From contig NW_024704743.1 of assembly GCF_018977255.1 (NCBI RefSeq), forward strand, positions 8,868,001-8,932,000: 64,000 nucleotides of DNA, in the 5' to 3' direction. Shown here piece by piece: positions 37,691-51,308 of the stretch. The translations under genes were made by a program, and so were the position numbers. Numbering within the stretch: position 1 is the first letter of the stretch; the number at the start of each line of letters is the position of its first letter. Source of the DNA: Callorhinchus milii (taxonomy: Eukaryota). Below the pieces are notes generated by a model. It saw nothing but the letters and a program-made list of their open reading frames with translations. It made no database searches and was not told the origin of the DNA.

Positions 37691-40669
37691 TCTGATAGAC
37701 ATAGGCACTTCGCAGTTTTACTATAAAGTGTGTATTTTGTAGGCCAAGGTGGCAAACAATTTAAAATGCTCCACAAGTGACCATGAAACGAATGACCAAT
37801 TTGATCTGGAGAATTGTTGGCCAGGACATCAGGATAAAGCCCCTTTTCTTTTCAAATATGCCATGGGATCTAAACAGGCATACACAACCTTGGTTTTAAT
37901 GGCTCAACCGAAACACTGCACCTCCCACAATACAATACACCCAGCGTTGCATTGGAATGTCAGCCTAAACTGTGTGAGTTCAAAGTTTCATCATGGGTTT
38001 GAATAAACTAGCTTTAGACTCACTGGTGAGAATGTTACCAACTGAGTCAGGCTGCCATCTGACATACATGGTATATAACGTAGAGGCCAGACACCTTTCT
38101 GTTGGGGAGAGATGATGAAAATAAGTTCAGACTTACTGTCTGACTATTACTTTGCACTCAAGTGACTGACTGATAAGTATGTCTTGTCTAATTTTAGGAT
38201 TGACTTCAGGCTCAACCATTATATCAAAGATGGAGGGGTGGGAGAATGGTCGCCCCAGAAACCAACTGATAATTAATGACCAAAATTGTGATGTTTCTTA
38301 GAAGATTCAACTTTGAATCAGCGCAATCATCCCATTTATCATCCCAAGATGCATAAAAAATCATGTCTAATTTGCTTGTGACATTATATATGGTGTGCGT
38401 CTTGGTTAAGAGACCTGAGAGCATTGAGCCCTGGCTCTCAGTAGTAAGTCATCAGTCGCTACTGTCAACTGTGTCAGGACCTGACCATTTACGAAGTTAT
38501 GGAGAACCTCCATTTCTGCCAGCAGTCCACAATTCTAGTTGAAGGAGAACATTTCTGTAGGCACTTAGCAGTCCTGTGAAGGATCGTCATAGTAAAGACT
38601 GTCAAGATGTCACCCAAGAAATATTACAGGGACAAGTGCATTCAGTGGAGCCACTAAATAAGGGCAGCAGCAGATGGAGTATGTCATCCTAATCCTATTT
38701 AGGGTGGCTTAAAACCATATTAGGTGCATTAAATGTTTAAATGGGATTGAAAAAAATAAACCCAGAACAGTACTATAGGATGCACTAAGACAGAACAAGG
38801 CATAAGGTTTAGAGTTGTAAAGGTTAATTTCAGGACAGATTCCAGGAAGTTTTTCTTTACTCAGAGGGCATTAACAACTGAAACAGGTTGCCGGGAAGGG
38901 TGGTTGAGGCCAGGACACTGGACTTGTTTAAAAAGCAGCTTGATGTTGTGATGGGTGGCATGGTAGGTTGGGTATCCTGGATAGGGCCAAAGAGCCTTCT
39001 TCAGCTTTGGCTTGTGATCTCCCCCGCCCCACTTGCACCCCCAACCCTCCCTCCACTTTCAAGATCAGTAAATGAACAGAATATCTGCCTTGCTATCATT
39101 GAGCTAATAATCTAGCCTGACACTCCAGTGCAATACTGGGAGTTATTATTTTTGCTACATCACAGTGAAAAGATGGCTATTGAATTTAGCAGAGTAAGAT
39201 AGAGGTCCATGTCTGGAGTAAATTTCCTGAGTTATACGTTTGTCATGACAAACCTCACTAAATGTGCACAAATGTAAATCAATCATTTTCAATGACTTAA
39301 AACCCAATATTAAAGACAAATTGCAACGTTAATTTTAAAGAAATGCAGTTCAGAGATGAATCAATGTTGTTTTTGTACGAGCACTCAACCGCAGCAAGAC
39401 GGATGAGGAAAAAGCAACATTCAGAAATGGCTACTGCCTGGAAAGTATCAAAGCACGCGAAACAGGAAGTTCCATGATTGTTCTCACTCAGTCATTTTAC
39501 ACTGAACGCTTCACAAACAATCCTGACACCTTTGTTTTGAGTCTTTCCTTCTTCCGTGGTAACATCCATCCCTAGGTTCTCCTTTCTTTTGTCACGCATC
39601 ACAGCTAGATGCCCTTTACCTGCATATTTTTAGCAGCTCACCCTTCACACAAAAGATGTACTTACAAAACAATATGCCACTGGAACGGAGAGAAGAAAAC
39701 TTCTTGCATTCCACTGAAGAAATTAGATGTGATTTACAATACAATTATACAATTTACATTTATATAGTGTCTTTCACGCTAGGAGGATGTCTTAAAGTGC
39801 TTTACACAGCTGGCTGAGCGCCTAAGCTGGAGGTGGGAGCTAAAGGGTGTGGGTGTGTGGGGGGAATCACAAGATTGGTCAGGATCTTCAGCCCATCTGT
39901 TCTCATCCCTCCAAAAGTGCAATCAAAGAGGCGGGTTTTGAAAGTGGGGAGGGAGAGAGGGGATGAGCTGGAGGGACTCTAGGATGGAGTTTAATTAGTT
40001 ACAACAACAACTGTTGTAATCAATTACTAGTCAATGAGTGACAAGTGTGTATTTGGAGAGAGAATAATGGTGCGAGTCTTTCAAATGATGATGCAGATTA
40101 TTTGAAATGGGAGCAGAGAAGTGGAGGATACAGGCTTGAAATTAACAAGAGTCAAGTGAACAACACTAGGGTTCACACCAAGCAAGAGAGTTGGTGCAGG
40201 AGGAAGAGAAGGATACATATAGATACCATATTTGAGTCATAGAGATATTAAGGATAATATCTTTTAGAATATAGAATATAGAAAGGGTGTGGCATTAGGA
40301 TTAAGAGATCTCCCAAGTCTAATAAAATAGCGCTGTTCTGGTTTTCTTATGTTTCAAACAAATTAGGTTTGAGGGAAAAAGATTCCCAAACAAAGTAATA
40401 AATATATGCAACAGACTTTCAACTTTGTATCAGTATATTCCTCCCCAAAACCAAATTGCATAAGTATCTGGTTTGGTTTGAAATTGAAGGTTCTCAGCTA
40501 GTTCTTTACGCAACTTCGTATTTATTTTAATGTGATTATGTCTCTGTTGCTGTGGCTGGGGAAGTGTTGTGGGAATGACAAGGATGTGGAGAAGGACAGA
40601 TATTTTGGTTACTTTTTTTATTACCAGAAGGGATCAGGGAGAAATTTTGCCAAATTCTCTTTTGTAACA

Positions 40670-41200
40670 ACCACAATTTACATGGAGCCTTTATGTCAGG
40701 AGGACGTCTCAAGGCACTTTACATAGTTGACTGGGCACCCAAGCTCCAAGCTGGATGGGAGAGCTGGGGGGAACAAGAAAGGTGACCAAACGAGCAGGTG
40801 AAATGATAATCTTAATATGGACTTTTAAAAGTGGAGGCAAGGGAGGTGGGAAACTGCAGGATGGAGTTCCAGAGAGCAGGAGCAGAATGGCTGAAAGCTC
40901 GCTCACCGCTAAATGAGATGGATTGGACAGAGGATACAAAGCAGGCTGATGTTCACTGAGTGAAGGGAACGGCTGGGGTGATACCACTAGAGGAGGTTGA
41001 AGAGGGCTAGGCCGTGGAGGGATTTAAACATGAGGTAGAGATCTTGAATTCGATCTGCTAGGGGTGGGAAGCCAGCGGAGGCGAGCGAGCAAGGAGTGGA
41101 TGAGAATAGGCCCACAACGCTGCAGTGTTCTCGATGGTCTACAGTTTTTTGGGGGAGGAGCTGGGGAGTCCAGCAATTAGGGCGCTTGAATAATTGAACC
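40670..41200 (-). mobile_element. L2 LINE 3' fragment
   Basis: ...LMFKSLHGLA... motif and gatggagttccagag (LWNS) motif, with tail at 40670. Confidence 0.8.
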
Positions 41201-42559
41201 ATAACTGATTTGGGATATTAATGGGTGGGGTAGAGTCCATAAAAGGGTTGATTGAGTTTAGTCTATGCAAGGAATGATCTCTTCTCATTCATGCATTCTT
41301 GTACTCCTAAGCTTTAATGAACCAGTTACACAATACACTGGGATTTAACACAAGCTGTTCATTTGACACCAGCAAACTTTATGTTCTGGACTTATCATGG
41401 GATTTCCCATTACAATTAAGGATTCAGTGCACTCTGTACTTTACTGCATTATATATCATTGTAATAAATCAAAGTGTTACCATCCAAATCAAAACCTGTG
41501 GCTCGGACAGATAATAGTAGAATACTGTGATACACACCGACCAAGCAAAGTGTAATACAACACAGTCGCTAACAAAAAGGGACCTGTTAAGGTAAAAATA
41601 AAACAGGATATTTACAGTTATCCATGTCTGATTTGAAATGAGTAGTTTGATTTTTTTTTACAACACCTATTCACTCCAAATCCTGTTTCCTGCAATTTTA
41701 GTGGTTCACAAACCAAGCTCACAAACTGTTAAGTTTGTACCTTTACATTTGTATGGTTACATAAACCCTGTCTAAAAACAAACATTTTTCTTTAGGCAGG
41801 TAGATTTTTTTTTACACGTAGTTAACACTCCATGCAGTTTTGAATATCCATCACTTAAACAGCAATCTTGTAACAAAATACTTTTGTTAAATATCAACAG
41901 AAAATTGAACCACAATGAGCAGAAGAACACTTTGTTACACTTCAGCAGCATCAAGAAGCTGATTATCGTCAGGCCTCGATTGCAGCGTTGGGAGGTGGAA
42001 TCAGCAGCTGTCTACATTTTGCAGCGCAGGTCAGTAGCTAGCAGTAATGATTACCGTCGATATCATTAAGAACCAATTAAACCAATAATTAAGAGTTGGA
42101 AACTGGCCAAATCCTAGTGTAAACCACTGGAGAGATTGAAGATATTTATTTACTGGACTTACCACCTGCTTCACAAGGATCTTTTTGAAAATACCTAAGG
42201 AATTTGGTGGAAAGGGACTTGTACTATTGGCTCACAGAAAATGTAACACAGAAAGAAATAATTTGGCCCATCGAGACTATGCTGGCACTAGCTCTTCCAC
42301 TGACCTATATACTGTAGTCTAAATCTTAATTCCCTGCTATTTCTCTCTATCCTTTCATATTAATAATAATGCTTGCATCTGAAATAGCGCCTTATCAAGT
42401 CATTGGGACGTCTTGAAGCGCTTCACAGGATATACTGTAAAGTAAATTCACCGTATATTTTGTGGGCAAAATGCAGCGGCCAATTGCGCACAGCAGTGAC
42501 CCACAAACAAGTCATGGATTGAGTGACCAAATTACTATTATTGTATTTATTTATTTTTT

Positions 42560-43325
42560 GGAGGGCTGAACAGTCAAGGATCAGGACCCGAGAGGTTGGG
42601 ATGAGGGATGGCAGAGGTGGTAGGAGGACGGCTGAAGGCACAGTGAAAAAGGAGCGTCTTGAGTTGGGCCTGAAGGAGGCAAGTGAGGGAGCAAGGCGAA
42701 GGGATTGTGGGATGGAGTTCCAAAGAGTGGGGGCAAAGAGGCTGAAAGCCCAGTCGCTGATGGTAGGGCAGGTTGGGTGGGAGACCTGGAGCAGGCCCTA
42801 GCCTGCTGAGTGGAGCGAACGGACAGGTTGATAGGGGGTCAGCAGGTCAGAGATGTAGGAGGGGACAAGGCTGTGAAGGGCCTTGAAAGTGAAGACGAGG
42901 ATTTTGAATTTTATCCTCTGAGGGCTGGGGAGCCAGTGGAGCCAGGTGAGAATGTGATGGCTACATAAAGCCTGGGGTGATGGGGTGGCACAGAGCCTGG
43001 TGTGGGAGGGGACCCAAACTGCAGAGTTCTGGATGATCTGCAGCTTGTGGAGGGAAGAATTGGGGAGGGAGGGAGTTTCCGTAGAGCCTTGAGGTGACGA
43101 ATGCCTGTATTGAGGGTTTCGGTGGCCTGAGAGGTGAGGCAGTGGCGGAGTCGGATAATGTTGAGGAGGTGGGGGAAGGCAGAGTGAGTTATGGCATGGA
43201 TATGGAGGAGAAAGAACAGTTGAGGGTCAAACAAGCTGTGTAGGTTCCTAACTGGCTTGGTGAGGTGGAATGCGCAACCGTGGATGTTGATGCTGCCAGC
43301 GTCCCCTATTATCCCCAGAAACTGA
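42560..43325 (-). mobile_element. L2 LINE ORF2 3' fragment, decayed
   Basis: Fragments VRNL..LFDPQL.F..HI.AIT.SAF.HL.NI.RLR..LT..ATETL, then a RAFxxxAP.LWNS-like region, with frameshifts. Confidence 0.85.
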
Positions 43326-43329
43326 AATG

Positions 43330-43476
43330 CCAATCAACCGGGTTCCTATTTACTGCTCGGTAAACAGAAGTGTGTGGAGTAAGGAAACTTGCCTAGGATT
43401 TTGCTCTGCCTGAGAATCGAACCCAGGTCCTCTCACTTGTGGGGCAAGCGCTGTCCACTATGCTACAGGATTTCAC
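43330..43476 (-). mobile_element. 5' part of long-form tRNA-derived SINE
   Basis: tRNA-like head plus tactgctcggtaaacaga segment, directly abutting an L2 fragment. Confidence 0.75.
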
Positions 43477-43563
43477 AATATTGTTTCTCTTTAAATATTT
43501 ATCCAATTTCCTTGTTATGATCTTGAATTCAATAGGCAGCGAGTAAGAAAGCATTCCACATTC

Positions 43564-43890
43564 TAATAATAATAACAATAATAATAATCCTTGCATTTGA
43601 TATAGCGCTTTTCACGTCTTCTAGACGTCCCAAAGCGCTTCACAGAATATACTGTAAAGTGAATTGACTGTATATTTGTGGGCAAACGTGGCAGCCAATT
43701 GCGCACAGCAATGTCCCACAAACAGTCATGGATTGAAAATGACCAATTTATTATTATTGTTTTGTTTTGGAGGGATTATTATTAGGCGTGTGGAGTAAGG
43801 AAACTTGCCCAAGGTTTCGCCCTGCCTGGAATTGAATTCAGGTCTCTCACTTGAAAAGCGAGTGCTCTAACCACTGAGCTACAGGACTCC
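43564..43890 (-). mobile_element. Full-length tRNA-derived SINE, short form
   Basis: Reverse complement of the 20976-21327 element with few differences. Confidence 0.9.
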
Positions 43891-45109
43891 GAGCAGTAAT
43901 AATCCCTCAACTCTTCCAATTTAGATCTCGAGTCCCCCACTCACTACAATTTACCTATTCACCAACCAGTGGAAATAATCTAATTGATTAGAAACCCATA
44001 TGTCCTTTTGCTAAAATGAAATATCATAAAAGATTTTGACTGAGCGAACAAGTTCTCTTTGATTGTGCCAGGAATTCTGAACTCAGTCTGTAATTGCCGT
44101 GACTTTCTCAGTAGCTGTAAGGCCATTAACTTCAATACTACTTGCTAGCTTTCCAAGCAGCTTCAATTGACAGTGCAGAAGTGAGCAAGTCACTTTTGCC
44201 ATCCCATTATAAGCTTGTACTATTAAGGTCTATAAATTTATGGTCCAACAGAGAATAAAAGCTAAGAGCTATGTATACTAACCTTCAGAAGAATACTCCT
44301 CCCCCTTTGTCTGCTTACATGAACACATTGAAATAGGAATGTCTCACAACTAGAAAACAGGAGGAGCTTTGTCTAAAGCTGCAGACATCTCGTAAATGGT
44401 AGGAATTTGTCATAAACATTGATTCTTTCAAGCTCTGTGCACTTTGCAGCGACATGGATTGAAAAGGGCAAAATGTAACAGTCCCTCTCCCCCTCACCAC
44501 CACCACAATTCCAAATGTGTCTTCTCTGTGGAAGATCTCTAACGTAATTTCTAAAGGCATTACAGACATTACCGGTCTTGGAAGAATTTATTACTGACTT
44601 GAGGGAAGAGATGGTAAGTAATGACACCCTCAGGACCTGAAATAGCCATAATGATCCTAGGAAAATGATCTTGTTTATTATCATTTCTCAGCCTTATATT
44701 TGTAATTTTCTCCACTCTGTCAGTACTCTCTTACTTGGTGCTGGAGGTTTCTGTGTAAGTGTTGGCAGCTGTTTTCAGGGTTGTGTTGAAATGCTACATC
44801 TCAGTATCTCACACGTTGAAACCTTTGATCTCGGTGAGACGTTTTATCGGCTGATTAACCACGGTTAAATTAATTATTGACCTTGGAATGATTTATTCAT
44901 GCCTGAGTCTTACAGCATAATTTAAATTCAATTCTACCATTCTCAGCTATTCGGGACAATTTTGAGTAGCAAAAGGATTTAAAAACTTAGTGGCTCTAAT
45001 CGTGCATTGATTAGGAAATAATGGCTTAGGAAGTAACGTGGCCATAGATTTCAGTTTTCTGTTCAGGTTTACCCATCATATGGATACAGTATACATATGT
45101 ACAATTTTT

Positions 45110-45402
45110 ATTTTGGTCAGCTGGGTGTCTAACTCACGCAGAAATCCATTCCCATGCTTAAGAATATCCAAACCAGACTGAGAATTCCACATAAATATAT
45201 GGAAATTTCATTGTATCTGGGATAAGGTAAATTGTATTGTATCTCCCCCCCGGAGGGACGCATCCTGCTTACCTAATTCTGGAGAGTATTAGGCGCAGGT
45301 TGACAAGAGCCAAGGCTTGGGGGACCCCAGAGTGTGCTTTGGGCTACTGCTGGAGTCTAACCAACTAATGATGAACTGCACAAGGTCTTAGCTGAACGAC
45401 TA
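45110..45402 (-). mobile_element. Unclassified interspersed repeat (reference copy)
   Basis: Homologous segments at 232-496(+), 8230-8419(+), 30472-30715(-), 30852-30980(-) and 54532-54769(+). Confidence 0.75.
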
Positions 45403-45404
45403 GA

Positions 45405-45724
45405 AATAATAATAATAATCCTTGCATTTGATATAGCGCTTTTCACGTCTTCTAGACGTCTCAAAGCGCTTCACAGAATGTACTGTAAAGTGAATTGACT
45501 GTATATTTGTGGGCGAACGAGGCAGCCAATTGCGCACAGCAATGTCTCACAAACAGTCGTAGATTGAAAATGACCAATTATTATTGTTTTTGGTTTTGGA
45601 GGGATTATTATTAGGCTCTGTGTGGAGTAAGGAAACTTGCCCAAGGTTTCGCCCTGCCTGGAATTGAACTCAGGTCTCTCACTTGCAAAGCGAATGCTCT
45701 AACCACTGAGCTACAGGACTCCAC
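45405..45724 (-). mobile_element. Full-length tRNA-derived SINE, short form
   Basis: Near-identical to the copies at 20976 and 43564. Confidence 0.9.
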
Positions 45725-48700
45725 AAATGGTATGTCCACAAGAAGGTTGTCGGTCAGCTCCTCTCACCTTTCCCAATTACGGAGCACAGAGCAGAGCGGA
45801 GCTGGTAAATCATGGAAGGAGAAGCATGAAGTAGAGAACGGAAAGGATATTCACTCATCAGGGGCTGATGCATAATAGATTTGCAGGGAACAATCCAGTC
45901 AGTCTTAAATTGAAATAAGTAGCACAGCTAAATAATGCATGACAAAAGTTTTTAGTTATTGCTCTGTCCTAGTTAGTAAAATTATTCCACCCACTCCCCC
46001 TTAATCCATGGTTCATTCTACATACATCTTAAAGACCATTGTTATTTTTTCTATGGGCAACTAGAAACTTGAAAATTATTATGGGAATTTTTTTTCTCCT
46101 CCTGTTCCTTTTAATTGAGTTTTAGCTGGAGTTAGATTATTAGCTGGAGTCAGATTAGAAGATCAGCCATGATTGAATGGCAGGGCAGGCTCGAAGGGCC
46201 AAATGGCCTACTCCTGCTCCTAAAAGTTATGTTATGTTATTCTTTCAGTCAACGTGTCTTATTAGGTTCTTATAATTCTTGCGGGAGAGCAGAACAGATT
46301 CTACCTGTTTACTGAACAATTTGTTAATGTAATTTATTAAATTTGTGTTCTTGCATGCATTTAGTTGGGGTGGGGAGCCTTAGCCATGATGGCTGGTAAT
46401 ATGCACCCCTCCCCCCCAGTAATACCCCTCATCACAGCCCACTTAGCTTTCCTCATAGATTAAAAAAAATCTTGCACCTGGCAAAGCGACTTTCAGTTTA
46501 GAAGTACATCTCAAAGCGCTTCACAGGATTTACCGTAAAGTGTAGTGACTGTGTTCTGTCACTGCAAATTAGTAGCCAGCTCTACACAGCAATGTCCAAT
46601 AAACAGCCATTAAGAATGCCACCCAATTACAATAAGCAACAAATTAAATATATAATAATAATCCTTGTATTTGATATAGCACCAAATCACGTCGTCAAGA
46701 TGTCTCAAAGCACTTCACAGAATATTATATTGTGAATTGAGTGTATATATATTATATATAGACCAATTTTATCTGGAGGATTGACCCTGAGAACTCACTT
46801 CTCTTTTAAAATAGTGTTACGTAATATTTAACATTTACGTTGATAGGCAGATGAGACCTCAGTTAATTACCTCATTTGAATGATGGCACCACCAATAATG
46901 CAATTGTCTCCCAGCATTGTATTGGAATGCCAGTCTAGAATATAGAAGAGGATACTCAGAACTCGATACTTTTGATGGGGAAAATGTGTCTGTGATTGTG
47001 TATGGACAAAGATGAAGCAGCAGCAGATTAATAAATTGACTAAAACAGCAGCAGATTAATAAACTGATCCTTGATTCTAGGTTATAAACTATCTGATATT
47101 AAATACAATCACAATTTTTTTAAAAAAAATTTCTTCCTACTGCAATATTGACCATATAAAGTCAAAATAAGTCATTTATTTGAATACAGTTGAGGTGCCA
47201 TTTTCTATTATTAATTCCTTTCTATGACTCTCCATGCTTCACAGTGTGAACTCATGAGTTCTATGCAGCTTGGTTCAAAGAGACTAGACTGGAACTGCTA
47301 AAAGCTGCAGCAATAAATTTTTTAACTTCAGGTGAATTGCAAGGATTTTCCTTGAAGTATGTGCAGTCATGCATCAGTTTACTTTCAAGAGGCCCGCTTT
47401 ACGTGCAAGCCCTCCAGAACTCCAACTGTAGCACTTTCATCTGATTTACAACCCAAACCAATGTCACACCCAATTAGCAAAGCCTGTAAATGGAATGTTC
47501 ATGTTTACTGCAAAACCCAGTCCCCATCCTCAGGGTCCACAGTGTAGATAGCAATAAATCTGGAACTCCATCCCAGAGTCCATCTGACTTGTTCACTCAC
47601 TCTTTCCCCTTGAACAAGGCCCATCTCAAGATAACTTCCATTATTACGTATAGGTGGATCTTTTTGACCATGTTTTTGGGCATCTTTCCATTTCTCCCCT
47701 CAGCTCCCATCACCCAACTGAGAGCACCCAGCCAGCATTGTTAAGCTCTTGACGTTATTTTTCACGCCTTCTTAATGTGAAAGGTGCTAAATAACAATAA
47801 CAACAACAAACTTACGTTTGTGTAATGCCTTTCACGTCGGGAGGACGTCCAAAATATAAATGTTAACTATATTGTAAATTTATAGATGTACACTTTTTGA
47901 ATCAAACGTTCATTCATTTTGTTTCTAGAGTAGTATGTTGCACCAGAAAAAATTGGTGCAAATAATGAGCCATAATTTCAGACTATTTCAAAAATCAGTG
48001 GGGAGGACAAGTTTGCAGGGCTATGGGGAGAGTGCGGGGATGGGATTGATTTGGATAGCTCTTTTCAAAGAGGTGGCCCAGGCATGATGGGCTGAATGGC
48101 CTCCTTCTGTGCTGTTTAATTCTATGATTCTATGAAAACAGAGCAATAACGCTTAAAACACAAATGAGATAAAACCATGATAATGAAAAAATAAACTGAT
48201 GACATTTGTGAAAGGATAACCATTGTCTTTGTGTATAATCTTGTTTAGGTTACACTTAAACTATAAGTAGCTGCATTACTATAAATTCTGTCTGTAACTT
48301 CTGTAACAAAATATGCAGTCTATATACTATACAGTAAATCCTCCTCAGCGCTTTGAGGCATCCTTCTGATGTGAAAGTCTCTATCTCAAATGCAAAGATT
48401 ATTTATTTATGCTTTTTAACATATCATCAAGGGATCTGACTTGGAAGCATCGCTGAACCTGACTGTGTGGGGAATTGAATTAACATTTGCAGTTCAAGAC
48501 CAAGAACTGGGGTTAATCACTCTTGCCTCATTTACTATTCCAAATGCACTTCAAATTTGCCTGTTAATTTCACTGAATCTGCCGCCCGTTTGAAATACTA
48601 AATGCTACCAATTCAGCAACTCTGCCCCGATTTGGCCAAGACCTACCTCAAGCCTTGAGCTGACACCTTCTTGTTTATTATATTGCAAGGCTACAACAGG

Positions 48701-48873
48701 TGTCCAGAGATGTAGTCAGTTTGGATTGCAGCCCATAGTGTAAACTGGGTTGGTTTTACAAATTGGCAGCCTCAGGGTCTTGCAGACTTCCCTCTACTTG
48801 CAGAGCCCCTTAATATTAACTCTGATGTCGGAGATGAACCAACTCAGAGGCTGGTTCACTGATCAGGCTCACA

Positions 48874-49172
48874 TAATAATCTTTGCATTTGATATAGCGC
48901 TTTTCACGTCTTTTAGACGAATCAAAGCGCTTCACAGAATATACTGTAAAGTGAATTGACTATATTTGTGGGCGAAATGCGGTAGCCAATTGCGCACAGC
49001 AGCGTCCCAGAAACAGTCGTGCATTGAAATGACCAATTTATTGATTTTTTGAGGGATTATTATCACGCATGTGGAGTAAGGAAACTTGCCCAAGTTTTCA
49101 CCCTGCCGGGAATCAAACACGGGTCTCTCACTTGCAAAGCGAGTGCTCTAACCACTGTGTTACAGAACTCCA
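48874..49172 (-). mobile_element. Full-length tRNA-derived SINE, short form, more diverged
   Basis: Same head, body and tail as the copies above. Confidence 0.88.
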
Positions 49173-50545
49173 ATGTAAATGTAAGAATGGGTTTTACATT
49201 TTTAGGTTAACAAAATAAGTACCTTTCGATGAGAAAATATAATTGGAATAAATCTAAGTGTTAATCTCCACATGCTCTATTCCTCAACTATACTAGGAAA
49301 AAAATCCCTCATATGCTTCCTAACTGAATTGGCAACATTTAGTATTTCAAACAGGCTTCCCATCCCATCTATTGGAATTTCCTCCACTTACCTTGGCTGC
49401 TGTGCAGAGAACAACTGAAGAAAACTGTCCTAGAAAAGTATAGGAAAAAATACTGGATAAGCACCTTCCTATGCCCATTTACACAGGAAACTAGTGGGAA
49501 TCTGATTGCATCGTGTGGTTTGGCTAAACTAATACTCTGAGCTAATTCCCCAGTGAATGTCTTCACTGCTCACTCTTTAAACAAACGTATTCCCCCAAAA
49601 AACAGAAATAAACAAAGGAATCTTTAAACTAATAATAATTCTTCCTTATTTGTTTAAAGTGTGTTATTACTGGTTCTTCTGAGCCGACTGGAGACCACTT
49701 CACATGGTTGACTTCACTTGCTGGGGTGAGTGTTCAGCGTTATCAACATAAATTTTAAAAGAATACCATATATATCCCTTTGCATTGACCTTTTCACCAC
49801 CTCTCTGAACATGGTTTGAGTTCCACTGATACACATTTTTGTCTTGCTCTTTTCCAAAATGGTTTTCCTCCCCCAAATTCAGATATATGATCCTCATTTT
49901 AAAAATACACCTTGTGCCAGTGGGAATCGGTGTCAGTGTGAATCACAATATTTATGATAGGTGCATGTCAAAGTCAAGCAAAGTCTGCCATGCATTTCTG
50001 TGCTGCCTGGCTATATTAGTGATGTGGTTCAGTATCACTTGGTTTAATCTTTTAGTGCAGCATTACCAATCTATCAATGCAGATTAGGTAGAAGCGTTCC
50101 AGTTATTCTAAAGCAGTTCACTTTACTACAGGAATCACATGCACAAATAAATGTTTAAAAAGTTTGATAACAATCGCAACAGGATAGTGAAACAAGGTGT
50201 TTGTGGTGTAAGTACTGGAAGCGTGTGCCACGTGGAGGACAGAGATTTAGCAGATTTAGCAACAGGAAGCAGAGGATTTGGCTTTGCGTTTGCTAAAAAA
50301 AATGTATAATTCTATGAATACGAATTAGGACTGGAGTAAAATCAATCTTGAGGCTTGTTTACACAGTTTGAAATGTATAAATTGACCCGTTTCAGGGGGT
50401 CAGGATCTGTTGGGATATTTTTGAGATTTTAGTATCTGTTCTAATTCCAAATTATAGTGTAAATCACTGTACTACAAAGGTTCCACACAGCCCTAAACAC
50501 GATTGCTAATACAGGCGTAAGTGTAACTATACAGTCACTACACTT

Positions 50546-50872
50546 CAACAACAACAAATTTTATTTGTATAGCGCCTTTCACATCGGGAAGACATCCCAA
50601 AGCGCTGGACAGTCAAGGATGTGCACCCGAGCAGGGGGTTGGGAACGGGAGGGGTGGAGGGCAGGGAGTAGTAGTAGTAGTAGTAGTAGTGTGTAGTAGT
50701 AGTAGTAGTAGGAGTGTAGGAGGGTGACCGAAGGCTCGGTCGATCTTGAGACAAGTAAGGGAGGAGACAAGGGAGGGAGTGAGGCAAAGGGAATGTGGAG
50801 TGAAGTTCCAAAGGGTGGGGGCAGAAAGGCCAAAGGCCCGACTGCCGATGGTGGGGCAGGCTAGGTGGGGTA
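50546..50872 (-). mobile_element. L2 LINE 3' end containing a (TAG)n microsatellite (50667-50710)
   Basis: ...IGSRAFGLSAPTLWNFTPHSL...CLKIDRAF followed by a (CAA)n tail on the plus strand. Confidence 0.85.
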
Positions 50873-51308
50873 AGACGCTATTCAACGTAAAATCCTGTGA
50901 AGTATTTTGAGACATCTCGACGACGTGGTAAGGCGCTGTATCAAATTCAAAGAATATACTATTGTTATTATAATACAGGAAATTCCTAATAACTCATCAC
51001 TCTAAGGGAAATTGGCTCAGTGATGAGTTATCCAGAGTGGCGAGTTAGGCATATGTATAAATACATAAGTAAATGCAGCTGGAAATTGTACAGCTTGATG
51101 ACTTAAGTGGAAGTGACAAGTTAAGCCAGTGTCGAGTTTTCAGGAGTTTACTGTACTGCAAATTGCATTTGATATGGCGCCTTTCACATCAGGAGGATGT
51201 CTCAAAGTGCGTCACAGGATTTATTGTAAAGTGTAATGACTGTGTATTTTGTAGTGCAAAATTTTGGATCATATAAATTACAATCAACTTCCACGGTTGG
51301 AGCCCACC

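Noticed and set aside
42560..43325. Intact autonomous LINE
   Set aside because: It is only a frameshifted 3' fragment. No full ORF2 exists anywhere in the window.
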